Shown here in pieces: positions 9,461 to 19,161 of a stretch of 64,000 nucleotides of DNA (the first letter of the stretch is position 1; each line of letters opens with the position of its first letter). This DNA is from a virus. Position numbers and translations under genes: made by a program. The notes under the pieces are model-generated. The model ran no database searches. It saw only the letters and a program-made list of their open reading frames with translations, and was not told where the DNA came from. The stretch lies in the IMG/VR virus record IMGVR_UViG_3300028549_003029, positions 91 through 64,090 of that record, one strand, 5' to 3'.

Positions 9461-12400
9461 ATGCAAGATAAGATCTTAGCGCAACTCGCCCAGATGAGCT
9501 ACGACAAGCGTCAGAACACAATGATGAACGCTACAGTGTCAACCACTGTTAATCATGTTTTAAATAATGTTGAAAATGATAAAATTAAGCTTGTTGCAGA
9601 TAATGTAGAAGTAGTTAAAAAATACGAGCATGACGATCTGGCTAAGCAAAAAGACATCGCAGACAAGCAGCAAGTTTTTTCTGACGAAATCAGAGCTGAC
9701 CTGAAGCTTATCAGCAAAGAGACCGGTGAAGTTATTGACACTGCACTCGGCGTTAAGATCGCAGAAATACCGAAGGTGACCGATCGAATGACTTACTTGA
9801 TCAAAGGTAACGAATACCAGACAAGTATGCAGCCTCGACTCAAGTCCGGAGTTTATACAAAGACTCAAAGCAATGGTGAGATCAGTTCTTATTTCAACGT
9901 TGATAAAACCGTTGACTTTGACCGCGGTTTCAATAACGACTTCAGAATCGACTTTGAACCAGAGTCGAAGATTTTCAGCATGAGATACGGCGGGAAGAAG
10001 ATACCCCTTCTGAGCACGTTAAAAGCTCTAGGCGTATCATCGCGTGACCTTGAGGCTAAATGGGGCAAGGAAGTGCTAGATGAGAACGAGAGAATGTACG
10101 GACGCCATGAAGAGAGAGATATCAAAAAGCTTTACAGCGCGGTGTTCGGGAAAGAGTCTGGTAAAGACGAAAAGCTTGCCGACCTTTCAGCCGCAATAAA
10201 AGAGCGACTTTTTGACACGAGACTCAATCCAGAGGTAACATCGATCACTCTTGGAAAAGCTTATGACAAAGTGAACGGAAGCGCAATACTCGATGCGTCA
10301 AAGAAAATCATCGATATCAACCGTGGAGTTGAAGATGAAGATGACCGCGAGTCTCTCATGTTCAAGAACATCGTAGGGATCGAAACTCACATCAAAGAGC
10401 GACTCGTAAAAAGCTCGAAACAAATCGCGAACAATATCGCTCACAAGCTCGGGAAAACCGGGAAGATCAACTCTTCCATCTCATCGCAGATGTTCCGTCC
10501 TTACATCGAGGGAGTGATCACAGGATCTCAGATCTCCAACCCGCCAAACCAGACGAACATCATGTCGATCATTGGTGAATCAACGAAAATCACTCCTATG
10601 GGAGAAGGCGGTATTGGATCGGCAAACGCGATTACAGATAGTATGCGTGTTCTGTCGAACACCGAAGCCGGATTTGTCGATCCTTTGCACACACCTGAAG
10701 GTGGAGGTATCGGTATTTCTAAGCACCTTTCCAATGGTACTGTCGTTGTAGAAGGTACACCTTACAGTACTTTTATCAACCGCAAGAGCGGGAAGAAAGA
10801 GATGAAATCTCCTTCTGAACTGTACAGTAAGTACCTTTCATTTCCGGACCAGTTTGACTCTAATGGTAAGCCGAAGAATAAAAAAGTGTCTGTAATCCAT
10901 AAGGGTAAAATGACCACTGTTGACGCTTCCGAAGTTGACTATGTGATCCCTTCATCTGAGTTCATGTTTGATACCGCTGCTGCGTCCATTCCTTTCCTTG
11001 ACTCAATCCAAGGTAACCGTGGTCTTACCGCTTCGAAAATGCAGGAGCAGTCAGTGTCTCTTACGAACAGAGAGAAACCGCTGTTCAACATTATGGCAGG
11101 GAACGGGAAGTCGCTTTCAAAAGCTCTCGGATCTTCGATCGCGGTTCCAAAGTCTCCTGTTGATGGAGTCGTAGAGAACTTGACTGACGAGCTTATGGTG
11201 ATAAAAGGAAAAGACGGTAAGAGTCATGAGATTCAACTGTACCACAACTTCTCACTTAACTCAGAGTCGTTCCTGAACAATGACCCGCTCGTTAAGATTG
11301 GTGACAAAGTTGAAAAGGGCCAGATTCTTGCAGACAATAACTTCACGAAAGATGGCCACGTTGCCCTCGGAGCAAACCTTCGAGTTGCTTACATGCCTTA
11401 CCGCGGATGGAACTATGAAGACTCAGCAGTGATAAGTGAGTCTGGAGCTAAAAAGCTTCAGTCGCAGCACATGTATGACTTCAAAGCAAGAAGAAGCTCT
11501 GGTGGTACTTTCGACAAGAAGAAATTTGCCGCTTACTATCCTGAAGAGACTTCTTCAAAGACAATGGCAAAGCTCGATGCAAACGGAATTATCAAAGTGG
11601 GCCAAAAGGTTGAACACGGAGATATTCTCATTGCTCACATGGAACCAGTAGCTCCAACTGCTGATGATATCGCTGTAGGAAGACTTGATAAGCAGCTCAA
11701 AAGAGACATGGCTAACAACTCAGTAAAATGGGATAAAGGCCACGTTGGAATTGTTACAAGCGTGACTAAGCACGGTAACAATGTCGTTGTGAACGTGAAG
11801 ACAAAAGAGGATATGAAGAAGGCTGACAAGATCGCTGGACTCCACGGTAACAAGCACATCATCTCGGAAATTCTTCCTGATGACCAGATGCCTTTTGACC
11901 CGGTCACCGGTAAGCATATTGAGCTTACAATGTCACCGATCGGTGTGTCTAACCGAATCAACACTTCTCAGCTCCTTGAGAATGCTGCTGGTAAAATTGC
12001 CGAGAAAACCGGTAAACAGTATGAAATTCACAACTTCGAAGACACAGATAACTCAAGAAAAGTTATGAGAGCTCTAAAGGAGAACGGTCTTTCAGATAAA
12101 GACAAGTTGATCAACCCAGAGACTGGGAAGCCTTTCAAGAGTGAGATCGCTAATGGCGTGTCTCACATCCTCAAGCTTGAGCACACTATCGATCACAAGT
12201 TCTCATCTCGATACAGAGGTGGGTACGACTCAAATGAACAGGCATCAAGCGGAGGGCATCATGGTGGCAAAAACGTCGGAAGAATGGAATCAGCGGCTCT
12301 CCTTGCCCGAGGTGCAACTGCAAACCTTGAGGAGATATTCGGAGTTAAAGGACAGCGGAATGATGAGTATTGGCGAAACATGGAAATGGGCATACCTACC

Positions 12401-15400
12401 CCTACTCCTAAGAGCCCTGCTTTCGTATGGGATAAATTCCTTGCGATGTCGAAAGGAGCGGGGGTAAATATCGAGCGTAAAGGCAAGTCTTTCACGATGA
12501 AGCCTATGACCGATGAAGATATCATGAAGATCTCTGCCGGCGAGCTTACTCGTCCAACTGAGACTTATCGTAAAAAGAACTTTGAGCCTGTAAATGGTGG
12601 ATTGTTCGATCCGAAAATTGTAGGAGGTATGAGAGGTGACAAGTATTCTCACATCCAACTTCCTGAGAGTATTCTTAATCCGATAACAGCGAAAGCAGTC
12701 GCCGGGATTCTTGAGATGCCAGAGAGCAGACTCGAAGCAATCGCTGAAGGGACTCAGTTCATAAGCAAGAAGACCGGTGAAAATGTCTCAAAAGGACACG
12801 CTGATGGGTACACTGCAAACGAAGCTATTAAGAGCTTGTTGAAAAACATAGATCTTGATAAGGAGTATGAACAGGCTAAAAAACAGTCTGAGTTAACCCA
12901 TAGCACTGCTGATCTCAATAAGCTCAACCGTAAGATGAATTACATCAAAGGGCTTAAAAAGAACGGTCTTGAAGCAAAAGATCTTATGATAAGCAAAGTA
13001 CTTGTCACTCCTTCAAAGTTCAGACCAATGATCCAGATGGGAGCGGATGGTACCGTTATCATCGCTGATGAGAATGAACTGTACCAGCAGGTTGCTCAGA
13101 CTTCTAAAGCTCTCGAAGACCATAAAGATGCTATGAAGGATCTACCTAAAAGCGTTCTTGGCATTACAGCAGCTGAAGGACGTGGACAACTGTACAAAGA
13201 CGTTCGCGCTCTTCAAGGGTTGTCTGAACCAACTGCATACCTTCACAAGATCAAAAAGAAAAAAGGGTTCCTTGCTCAGATTGACGGTGGAGACAAGCAG
13301 ACAAAAGAAGGGTACTACCAGAACAAGGTGATGGAGCGCCGTCAAGACTTGGTTGGTCGTTCTACCATTACTCTTAATCCATCTCTTGGTGGTGACCAGA
13401 TGGGTATTCCAGAAGAAATGGCGACAGACATTTTCCGTCCGTTTATCATGCAGAAACTCGTATCTTGGGGGTACAAGCCTCTTGATGCGAAAAAACAAGT
13501 TGACGATGACAGCAGTGTGTTTAAAAAGGCTCGCGAAGTTGTCGCTGGAGAGAGACTCATAATTGCAAACAGAGCACCTTCTCTTCACAAGTGGAACATG
13601 ACAGCTTTCCATCCTGTTCTTACAAAAGGAAAGTCAATTGAGACTCCAGCTGTTGTGATCTCAAAGAACTTTGATGGTGACTTTGATGGTGACACATTTC
13701 AGATCCACGTCCCTGTAAGCAAGAAAGCCCTTGAAGAAGCCTACACAATGCTTCCGTCTGTAAACATGCTTAAGACCGGGTACGGATCTGTTCTTAACAT
13801 GCCTGACATGGACATGATTGCAGGAGCGTACCTTGCATCAAAAGGTGAGGGTAGCGACGGGAAAGTTCACGAGTTCAAAACTCTTGAAGAGATGCAGAAG
13901 GCTATAAAAAGCCATAAGATCGATCACTCTGACATGGTAAAAATAGGCAAGAGAACCGACAATGCAATCATGCATGATATCAACAGTACTCTTCCTGAAA
14001 AATTCCATAAATGGGGCCATGATCTCAACAAGAAAAATGTTGAGAAGTGGATTGCTGATGTCAGTGAGAACGGACCAAAAGGAACAGGTTTAGACCTTGC
14101 AGACAAGATTAAGGAAGTCGGTAATGATTACATTACGAAATTCGGACTCACACTTGGCGTCTCAGACACGCTTGTTGACACTGAAAAGAGAGACGATATT
14201 GTCAAAAAAGCATGGGAGAAAGCAAAAACAGAAGGTGTGGTATCTGCATTCTCATGGGCAAAAGAAGAAGCTAAAAATGAACTTGCTTCTAAGCACGGGA
14301 TCAAGTCGCAAGTTGGGATTCCACTTATCTCAGGAGCAGGTAAAGGCATTGGAAACACGTCTGACATCGCAATGTTCCCAGGAATCCTTGCCGACGCAAA
14401 TGACAATCCTATCGAAATCCCGATCCTTCGTTCTTATTCTGAAGGTCTCGATACTTTTGGTTACTGGGCGGCTGCTCACGGAGCACGAGGTGGTAACATC
14501 AAAAAATCTGTCCAATCGTTCAAGCCAGGGTACCTGACAAAGAAGATGATCAACACAATGTACGAAACTCGTATCGCGAGCGAAGCTCCGATGGATACTG
14601 AAGGTGTTGAGTACAAAGTGTCAGATAAGAAAGGTATTGTAAACAGATACCTTGCTCAGGATGCAGTTGATAAAAAAGGCAAAGTTGTTGCGAAGAGAAA
14701 CGATCTGATCGATGCTGCTCTTATCAATAAATTCCACATTACAGGAACGAAGAAGATCTATGTTCAGTCACCTTTAACAGACCCTACTCCTGGAGAAGGG
14801 TTCTCAGCTTGGTCGTATGGAGTTTCTGACAACAATCGTAGAATGAACCGCGGTGACCATGTCGGGGTAATATCTGCACACACAATCACGCAGCCATCTC
14901 TTAACCTTGCGATGAAATCGTTCCACTCAGGTGGTAAGATAGATGCAAAAAGCGCGAAGAGAAAGGTGAATACCGGTTCTGCGTTTGACGAGATGGACAG
15001 AGTATTCAGCTTTGTTCAAACACCTCCAGACAAAGCAACTTTGGCAAAAATTGACGGTGTTGTCGAAAGTGTGAACCGGTCCGGAGTTGGCGGATTTGAT
15101 GTCGTGATAAGTGGCACCAAACACTACGTTTCTAAAAATGTTGACACCGAAGTAAAAGTTGGTGACAAAGTTAAGAAAGGCCAGCAGATATCAACTGGCA
15201 CTCCTAACCCTCACGAAGTTCTAAGTCTTCGCGGGATGAAAGAGACCCAGAAGTATCTCGTTGAAAAGCTTAGTGATATCAACGAAGGGAACCTCGATAA
15301 GAGAAACATCGAGACGATTGTAAGAAGTATCACGAATACAACAAGAATTACCGATCCAGGTAAAAGTGATTATGTTAAAGGTGACACGGTAGCTCTTACA

Positions 15401-15628
15401 ACTGTTGAGCATCTCAATAAGAATGGGCTTGGGATTAAACACTCTCCATTCCTTGTTGCGATGGGTATCGGTGGCAAGCCGGCGTTGTCAAAAGACTTCA
15501 TTGGAAGACTTGGCCACAACAGACTTAAAGACGTGTTCCAAGACGGTTCTGTGATGGGTTACGAAAGCAAAATTGATAGAGACTCTGGCAACCCTATGAC
15601 AAGACTTGTCAGCGGCGTTTACGAATAA
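9461..15628 (+). CDS. rpoBC: DNA-directed RNA polymerase, fused beta-beta' single chain
   Basis: beta motifs HTPEGGGIG, GNRGLTASKMQEQ, GWNYEDS, DKIAGLHGNK, GGKNVGRME; beta' motifs RQDLVGRS, NRAPSLH, FDGDFDGD, GYLTKKM, LAMKSFHSGG; GGAGG SD before ATG 9461. Confidence 0.97.
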   Translation: MQDKILAQLAQMSYDKRQNTMMNATVSTTVNHVLNNVENDKIKLVADNVEVVKKYEHDDLAKQKDIADKQQVFSDEIRADLKLISKETGEVIDTALGVKIAEIPKVTDRMTYLIKGNEYQTSMQPRLKSGVYTKTQSNGEISSYFNVDKTVDFDRGFNNDFRIDFEPESKIFSMRYGGKKIPLLSTLKALGVSSRDLEAKWGKEVLDENERMYGRHEERDIKKLYSAVFGKESGKDEKLADLSAAIKERLFDTRLNPEVTSITLGKAYDKVNGSAILDASKKIIDINRGVEDEDDRESLMFKNIVGIETHIKERLVKSSKQIANNIAHKLGKTGKINSSISSQMFRPYIEGVITGSQISNPPNQTNIMSIIGESTKITPMGEGGIGSANAITDSMRVLSNTEAGFVDPLHTPEGGGIGISKHLSNGTVVVEGTPYSTFINRKSGKKEMKSPSELYSKYLSFPDQFDSNGKPKNKKVSVIHKGKMTTVDASEVDYVIPSSEFMFDTAAASIPFLDSIQGNRGLTASKMQEQSVSLTNREKPLFNIMAGNGKSLSKALGSSIAVPKSPVDGVVENLTDELMVIKGKDGKSHEIQLYHNFSLNSESFLNNDPLVKIGDKVEKGQILADNNFTKDGHVALGANLRVAYMPYRGWNYEDSAVISESGAKKLQSQHMYDFKARRSSGGTFDKKKFAAYYPEETSSKTMAKLDANGIIKVGQKVEHGDILIAHMEPVAPTADDIAVGRLDKQLKRDMANNSVKWDKGHVGIVTSVTKHGNNVVVNVKTKEDMKKADKIAGLHGNKHIISEILPDDQMPFDPVTGKHIELTMSPIGVSNRINTSQLLENAAGKIAEKTGKQYEIHNFEDTDNSRKVMRALKENGLSDKDKLINPETGKPFKSEIANGVSHILKLEHTIDHKFSSRYRGGYDSNEQASSGGHHGGKNVGRMESAALLARGATANLEEIFGVKGQRNDEYWRNMEMGIPTPTPKSPAFVWDKFLAMSKGAGVNIERKGKSFTMKPMTDEDIMKISAGELTRPTETYRKKNFEPVNGGLFDPKIVGGMRGDKYSHIQLPESILNPITAKAVAGILEMPESRLEAIAEGTQFISKKTGENVSKGHADGYTANEAIKSLLKNIDLDKEYEQAKKQSELTHSTADLNKLNRKMNYIKGLKKNGLEAKDLMISKVLVTPSKFRPMIQMGADGTVIIADENELYQQVAQTSKALEDHKDAMKDLPKSVLGITAAEGRGQLYKDVRALQGLSEPTAYLHKIKKKKGFLAQIDGGDKQTKEGYYQNKVMERRQDLVGRSTITLNPSLGGDQMGIPEEMATDIFRPFIMQKLVSWGYKPLDAKKQVDDDSSVFKKAREVVAGERLIIANRAPSLHKWNMTAFHPVLTKGKSIETPAVVISKNFDGDFDGDTFQIHVPVSKKALEEAYTMLPSVNMLKTGYGSVLNMPDMDMIAGAYLASKGEGSDGKVHEFKTLEEMQKAIKSHKIDHSDMVKIGKRTDNAIMHDINSTLPEKFHKWGHDLNKKNVEKWIADVSENGPKGTGLDLADKIKEVGNDYITKFGLTLGVSDTLVDTEKRDDIVKKAWEKAKTEGVVSAFSWAKEEAKNELASKHGIKSQVGIPLISGAGKGIGNTSDIAMFPGILADANDNPIEIPILRSYSEGLDTFGYWAAAHGARGGNIKKSVQSFKPGYLTKKMINTMYETRIASEAPMDTEGVEYKVSDKKGIVNRYLAQDAVDKKGKVVAKRNDLIDAALINKFHITGTKKIYVQSPLTDPTPGEGFSAWSYGVSDNNRRMNRGDHVGVISAHTITQPSLNLAMKSFHSGGKIDAKSAKRKVNTGSAFDEMDRVFSFVQTPPDKATLAKIDGVVESVNRSGVGGFDVVISGTKHYVSKNVDTEVKVGDKVKKGQQISTGTPNPHEVLSLRGMKETQKYLVEKLSDINEGNLDKRNIETIVRSITNTTRITDPGKSDYVKGDTVALTTVEHLNKNGLGIKHSPFLVAMGIGGKPALSKDFIGRLGHNRLKDVFQDGSVMGYESKIDRDSGNPMTRLVSGVYE

Positions 15629-15657
15629 TGTATTTTTGCTTAAAAGGCTGGTGAAAT

Positions 15658-16194
15658 ATGAATAGTTTTGTTTCCGGGGCTCTCCCCGGTTTTTACACAT
15701 ACGATGATGCAAAAGACAACCCATACTCTAGCAGGGCTGGGAATGTTGCAGGGGCGTTCGTATCTGGGGCTGTAGTTCCTGTTGCAACAACCGGATTAAT
15801 AGCAGCGGCAGCAGCTAAAATGCTAAAAGATAAGAATCCTGTAGTAGCCAAAAATCTGAAAGACGCAGCTCTTTCTCAGGTTGATATTCTCAACCCTTCA
15901 ATGATGACTAAGCATGTCAAAAGTATTCCACTGATGACTAAGGCGACATTGAATATGAGCAAGGCTGAGACAGCGAAGAATATCTTTGCCAAAGCTCACG
16001 CCTACTCAAAAACGATGAAGAACGCGAAAGACATTTCCAAGCTTTACGGCATTGGTGTCACCAAAGTAGCCCCAATGTCTGCAAGAAGTATTGGAGCTCT
16101 CACCGGAGTAGTCGGAGGAGTTGCTGCTGGAGTTGCAAACGCAATGCTTGTTAACGGAAATTACACCCGTGGAAAAAGAGATGGGATGCTATAA
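15658..16194 (+). CDS. hypothetical Ala/Gly-rich probable virion protein
   Basis: 178 aa with two hydrophobic small-residue segments. Confidence 0.65.
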   Translation: MNSFVSGALPGFYTYDDAKDNPYSSRAGNVAGAFVSGAVVPVATTGLIAAAAAKMLKDKNPVVAKNLKDAALSQVDILNPSMMTKHVKSIPLMTKATLNMSKAETAKNIFAKAHAYSKTMKNAKDISKLYGIGVTKVAPMSARSIGALTGVVGGVAAGVANAMLVNGNYTRGKRDGML

Positions 16195-17519
16195 TGGAAT
16201 TGCAAGATCACCAAAAGGAAGCTATAAAGAGACTTAATGGTGGAATGATCTATTACCATGGTCTCGGAACAGGTAAGACTTTTACGTCTATTGCTGCAAC
16301 AGGCAAGTATGACAAAGTGAATGTTGTAACCCCTGCATCTCTTCGAGAGAACTACAAAAAAGAGATCGTGAAGGCCGGTGTAAAAGCTGAAAACTACAAT
16401 GTCGGGTCATACGACCAGGCGCAGAAAAAAGCTCCACCTACAGCCGACGCGATCATAGTTGATGAGGTTCACAGGATTTCTGAACCTTCAAGCAAAAGAT
16501 CAAGAGCGATACTTGACATAGCAAAATCGCACAAAACAAGAATCGGTCTTACAGCGACTCCAATCGTGAACAGGCCATCAGACCTCGCCCCGCTTGCCCA
16601 CTTCGTTGACCCAAACTCCGACATCCCAATGTCAAGAAAAGAGTTTGACAAGCGGTACATTGGGACGCACAAACCTAATGTCGTTGCAAAGCTATTTGGA
16701 GCGAGAGACTCTAATTTTGTAAGCAACAAAAAGGAGTTGAAGAAGGCGTTCAAAGGAAGAATGCACTACGTTCCAGGTGGAGAGAAAGACTTTCCTGAAG
16801 TGAAGACTGAGTATGTTGATGTTAGAATGACAAAGCCTCAAGAGCGTCTTTACAAGACACTTGCTCACACGGCAAACCCGTTGGTAGCATTCAAAGTAAG
16901 GCACATGATCCCTCTGTCTTCACAAGAGCTCAAGACTGCAAACTCTTTCATGTCTGCAACAAGACAGGCATCGAATGACCCTCAGAAATTCGGGAATCAT
17001 GGAGAAGGGTCGAAAGTCAAAAGAGCTATAATAGACATGGTTGAAGCGAGTAAAAAGGATCCTAACTACAAAGGTCTTGTCTACTCGAATTACATCAAAA
17101 GTGGTACGTCCCTCATGACTAAAGAGCTTGATGCAAACGGGATTCCGTATCGAATATTCAACGGATCTCTCGGAGATGAAGTTCGTAAAAAGGCTGTTGC
17201 TGACTACAATAGCGGAGCCGCTAAAGCCTTGTTGATTTCATCTGCCGGAGCAGAAGGACTTGACTTGAAAGGCACCAAGATGGTTCAGGTTCTTGAGCCT
17301 CACTGGAACAATAACCGTATCAGACAGGTTATCGGAAGAGCTGCTCGATACAAGTCTCACGATGCTCTCCCAGAAAAAGAGCGTAAAGTTGTTGTAAGAA
17401 GATACCAAAGCACACTCCGTAGAGGTGCAAGTGCTGATGTATATTTGAACGACATGGCGAAGAAAAAAGACGAGCTTAATGATAAGTTCCTCGAAGTTTT
17501 GAAAGAGGTTGGCAAATGA
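16194..17519 (+). CDS. SNF2-family helicase/ATPase
   Basis: YHGLGTGKT, IIVDEVH, LTATP, SAGAEGLDLK, EPHWN, QVIGRAAR. Confidence 0.9.
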   Translation: MELQDHQKEAIKRLNGGMIYYHGLGTGKTFTSIAATGKYDKVNVVTPASLRENYKKEIVKAGVKAENYNVGSYDQAQKKAPPTADAIIVDEVHRISEPSSKRSRAILDIAKSHKTRIGLTATPIVNRPSDLAPLAHFVDPNSDIPMSRKEFDKRYIGTHKPNVVAKLFGARDSNFVSNKKELKKAFKGRMHYVPGGEKDFPEVKTEYVDVRMTKPQERLYKTLAHTANPLVAFKVRHMIPLSSQELKTANSFMSATRQASNDPQKFGNHGEGSKVKRAIIDMVEASKKDPNYKGLVYSNYIKSGTSLMTKELDANGIPYRIFNGSLGDEVRKKAVADYNSGAAKALLISSAGAEGLDLKGTKMVQVLEPHWNNNRIRQVIGRAARYKSHDALPEKERKVVVRRYQSTLRRGASADVYLNDMAKKKDELNDKFLEVLKEVGK

Positions 17520-17986
17520 GTAAGGCGTCTGAATATATTCTCCAAAAGATTGCCGAAGACAGGGAGTACACTTACAGAGGTGAGATTGTAAGAAGTGTTC
17601 CATTTGTTGGCGCTGGAGTCGCAGGAGGAGCTGTTGCTGAGTGGGCAAAGACTCATGTTCCAGTTAAAGCTGTTGGAAGAAAAGCAGTTCTTGGAGCTGC
17701 TGCTGCCATCGGAGGTTACGGTGTGTCAAATGCGGTTGTAGGTGGAAAATTCGACAACAACACAATTCCAGTTGCAATAGGCCTAGGTACCGGAGCTATA
17801 GGAAACGGAGTTTATGAAGCTGTAAATATGAAGCAGTATGTCAAGAAGCACCCGCTTATTTTGCCTAAAAACGTACCAGTCAATAATTATCACAAGGGGA
17901 TAGCTGGTGCGACATCAGCTCTTCTTGGAGGCCTTGCGTCAGTTGCAGTAATGAAAGGAATTAAAAAAGATGAACGAGAATCTTGA
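17516..17986 (+). CDS. KxA-motif Gly/Ala-rich probable virion protein
   Basis: ILQKIAED near the N-terminus; several GxxxG hydrophobic segments. Confidence 0.65.
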   Translation: MSKASEYILQKIAEDREYTYRGEIVRSVPFVGAGVAGGAVAEWAKTHVPVKAVGRKAVLGAAAAIGGYGVSNAVVGGKFDNNTIPVAIGLGTGAIGNGVYEAVNMKQYVKKHPLILPKNVPVNNYHKGIAGATSALLGGLASVAVMKGIKKDERES

Positions 17987-18614
17987 AAACACGATCGCTT
18001 TAACAGGCGCTGGAGCACTTGGGTACGGAGCGTACAAAACCGATGGCTTTAAAAATGTCAGAGACAGAGCGTCTGTGTTGATGAACAACATGGCTAATAC
18101 CGTTGAATCAAACCAACTGTTCAAGAGCAGACAAGCCGCAATAGCAGCGCAAGAACTCAAAAGAGCATCTGCTCAAAAGATTGCGTCAAGAGCAATTGCT
18201 GCGGCGTCTATCCTTGGCACAATAGGAGCCGGCAACAGTCTCTACAGAAGTGTTGCAGCAACCAAAGACACTGTAGCTGCCAACAAGTCGAACATCAATA
18301 ATATCTTCAGTAATGTGTCGTCTGCAACTGGAGCCGTCAAGGATATGGCTGCAAACGCAGGTGCTGGGTCAAGGAAGATTTTTGACAACCTTGTGTCAGC
18401 AAGTGACACTGTAGTTGAAGCGGCTAAAGATACAAAAACCGGAGTTGGCAGCATTGTTGACAATGCTATCGGAGCGTCTAAAAATGTTGCTGACACGACT
18501 GGAAGTGTCGCTTCAGGCGCCAAAAGCGTAGCAGGAGTCATGTCCAAAGGCTCAAGCCTTGCCGGAATTGTTAAAATGGTAAACGGGGTCGCAAGACCTA
18601 TGTTCAGAAAGTAG
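17970..18614 (+). CDS. KxA-motif Ala-rich probable virion protein
   Basis: AQKIASR; quasi-repeated helical C-terminal half. Confidence 0.6.
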   Translation: MNENLENTIALTGAGALGYGAYKTDGFKNVRDRASVLMNNMANTVESNQLFKSRQAAIAAQELKRASAQKIASRAIAAASILGTIGAGNSLYRSVAATKDTVAANKSNINNIFSNVSSATGAVKDMAANAGAGSRKIFDNLVSASDTVVEAAKDTKTGVGSIVDNAIGASKNVADTTGSVASGAKSVAGVMSKGSSLAGIVKMVNGVARPMFRK

Positions 18615-18621
18615 GAATACT

Positions 18622-19161
18622 ATGGAAGCTATGTTTTATGAATCTCTCAAGGATGTCCTGGCGTTTGAAGGAGGGTATTCAAACGACCCTAAAGACCCAG
18701 GTGGAGAGACGAACCTTGGAATTACAAAAGCTGTTTACGATGCGTACCGTAAAAGCAAAAAGCTTGCGGTAAGATCTGTTAAGTTCATCGATAAAAAAGA
18801 GGTTGAAGACATTTACTACAACCTCTACTGGTTGAAAACTGGATGTGACAAGGTGCCTGCAAAATGGGGCTACATGATGTTTGACACTGCTGTTAACTGC
18901 GGAGTGTCAAGATCTGTCAAAATTGCTCAAGAATCACTGGTTCGTCTAGGTGTAAAAACTACTGTTGATGGCAAGATTGGTCCAAATACGATCAAAAGCA
19001 TTAACTCTGTAGTTGACGTTGATAACTCATCGGTGAAGACTTATATTAAGGTCAGAAACGAATTTTATGACTCGATTTGCGTTCGTAATTCGAACCTTCT
19101 CAGGTTCATAAAAGGGTGGAAAATCCGTACTAAAAAGATCGAGGACAAACTTTGCAAGTAG
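18622..19161 (+). CDS. glycoside hydrolase family 108 lysozyme with C-terminal peptidoglycan-binding region
   Basis: EGGYSNDPKDPGGETNLGIT signature; FDTAVNCG; DGKIGPNT; RFIKGW. Confidence 0.92.
   Translation: MEAMFYESLKDVLAFEGGYSNDPKDPGGETNLGITKAVYDAYRKSKKLAVRSVKFIDKKEVEDIYYNLYWLKTGCDKVPAKWGYMMFDTAVNCGVSRSVKIAQESLVRLGVKTTVDGKIGPNTIKSINSVVDVDNSSVKTYIKVRNEFYDSICVRNSNLLRFIKGWKIRTKKIEDKLCK

Noticed and set aside
13670-13693. 12-nt tandem repeat as an insertion or assembly artefact in the RNAP active site
   Set aside because: Spacing to the flanking motifs matches the canonical NADFDGD loop, so it is a substitution variant, not an insertion.
9461-17519. Giant eukaryotic virus or bacterial chromosome (RNAP plus SNF2)
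   Set aside because: SD motifs, GH108 lysozyme, terminase, HK97-type protease and sheath/tube indicate a tailed phage; no rpl, rps or other host operon genes flank the RNAP.
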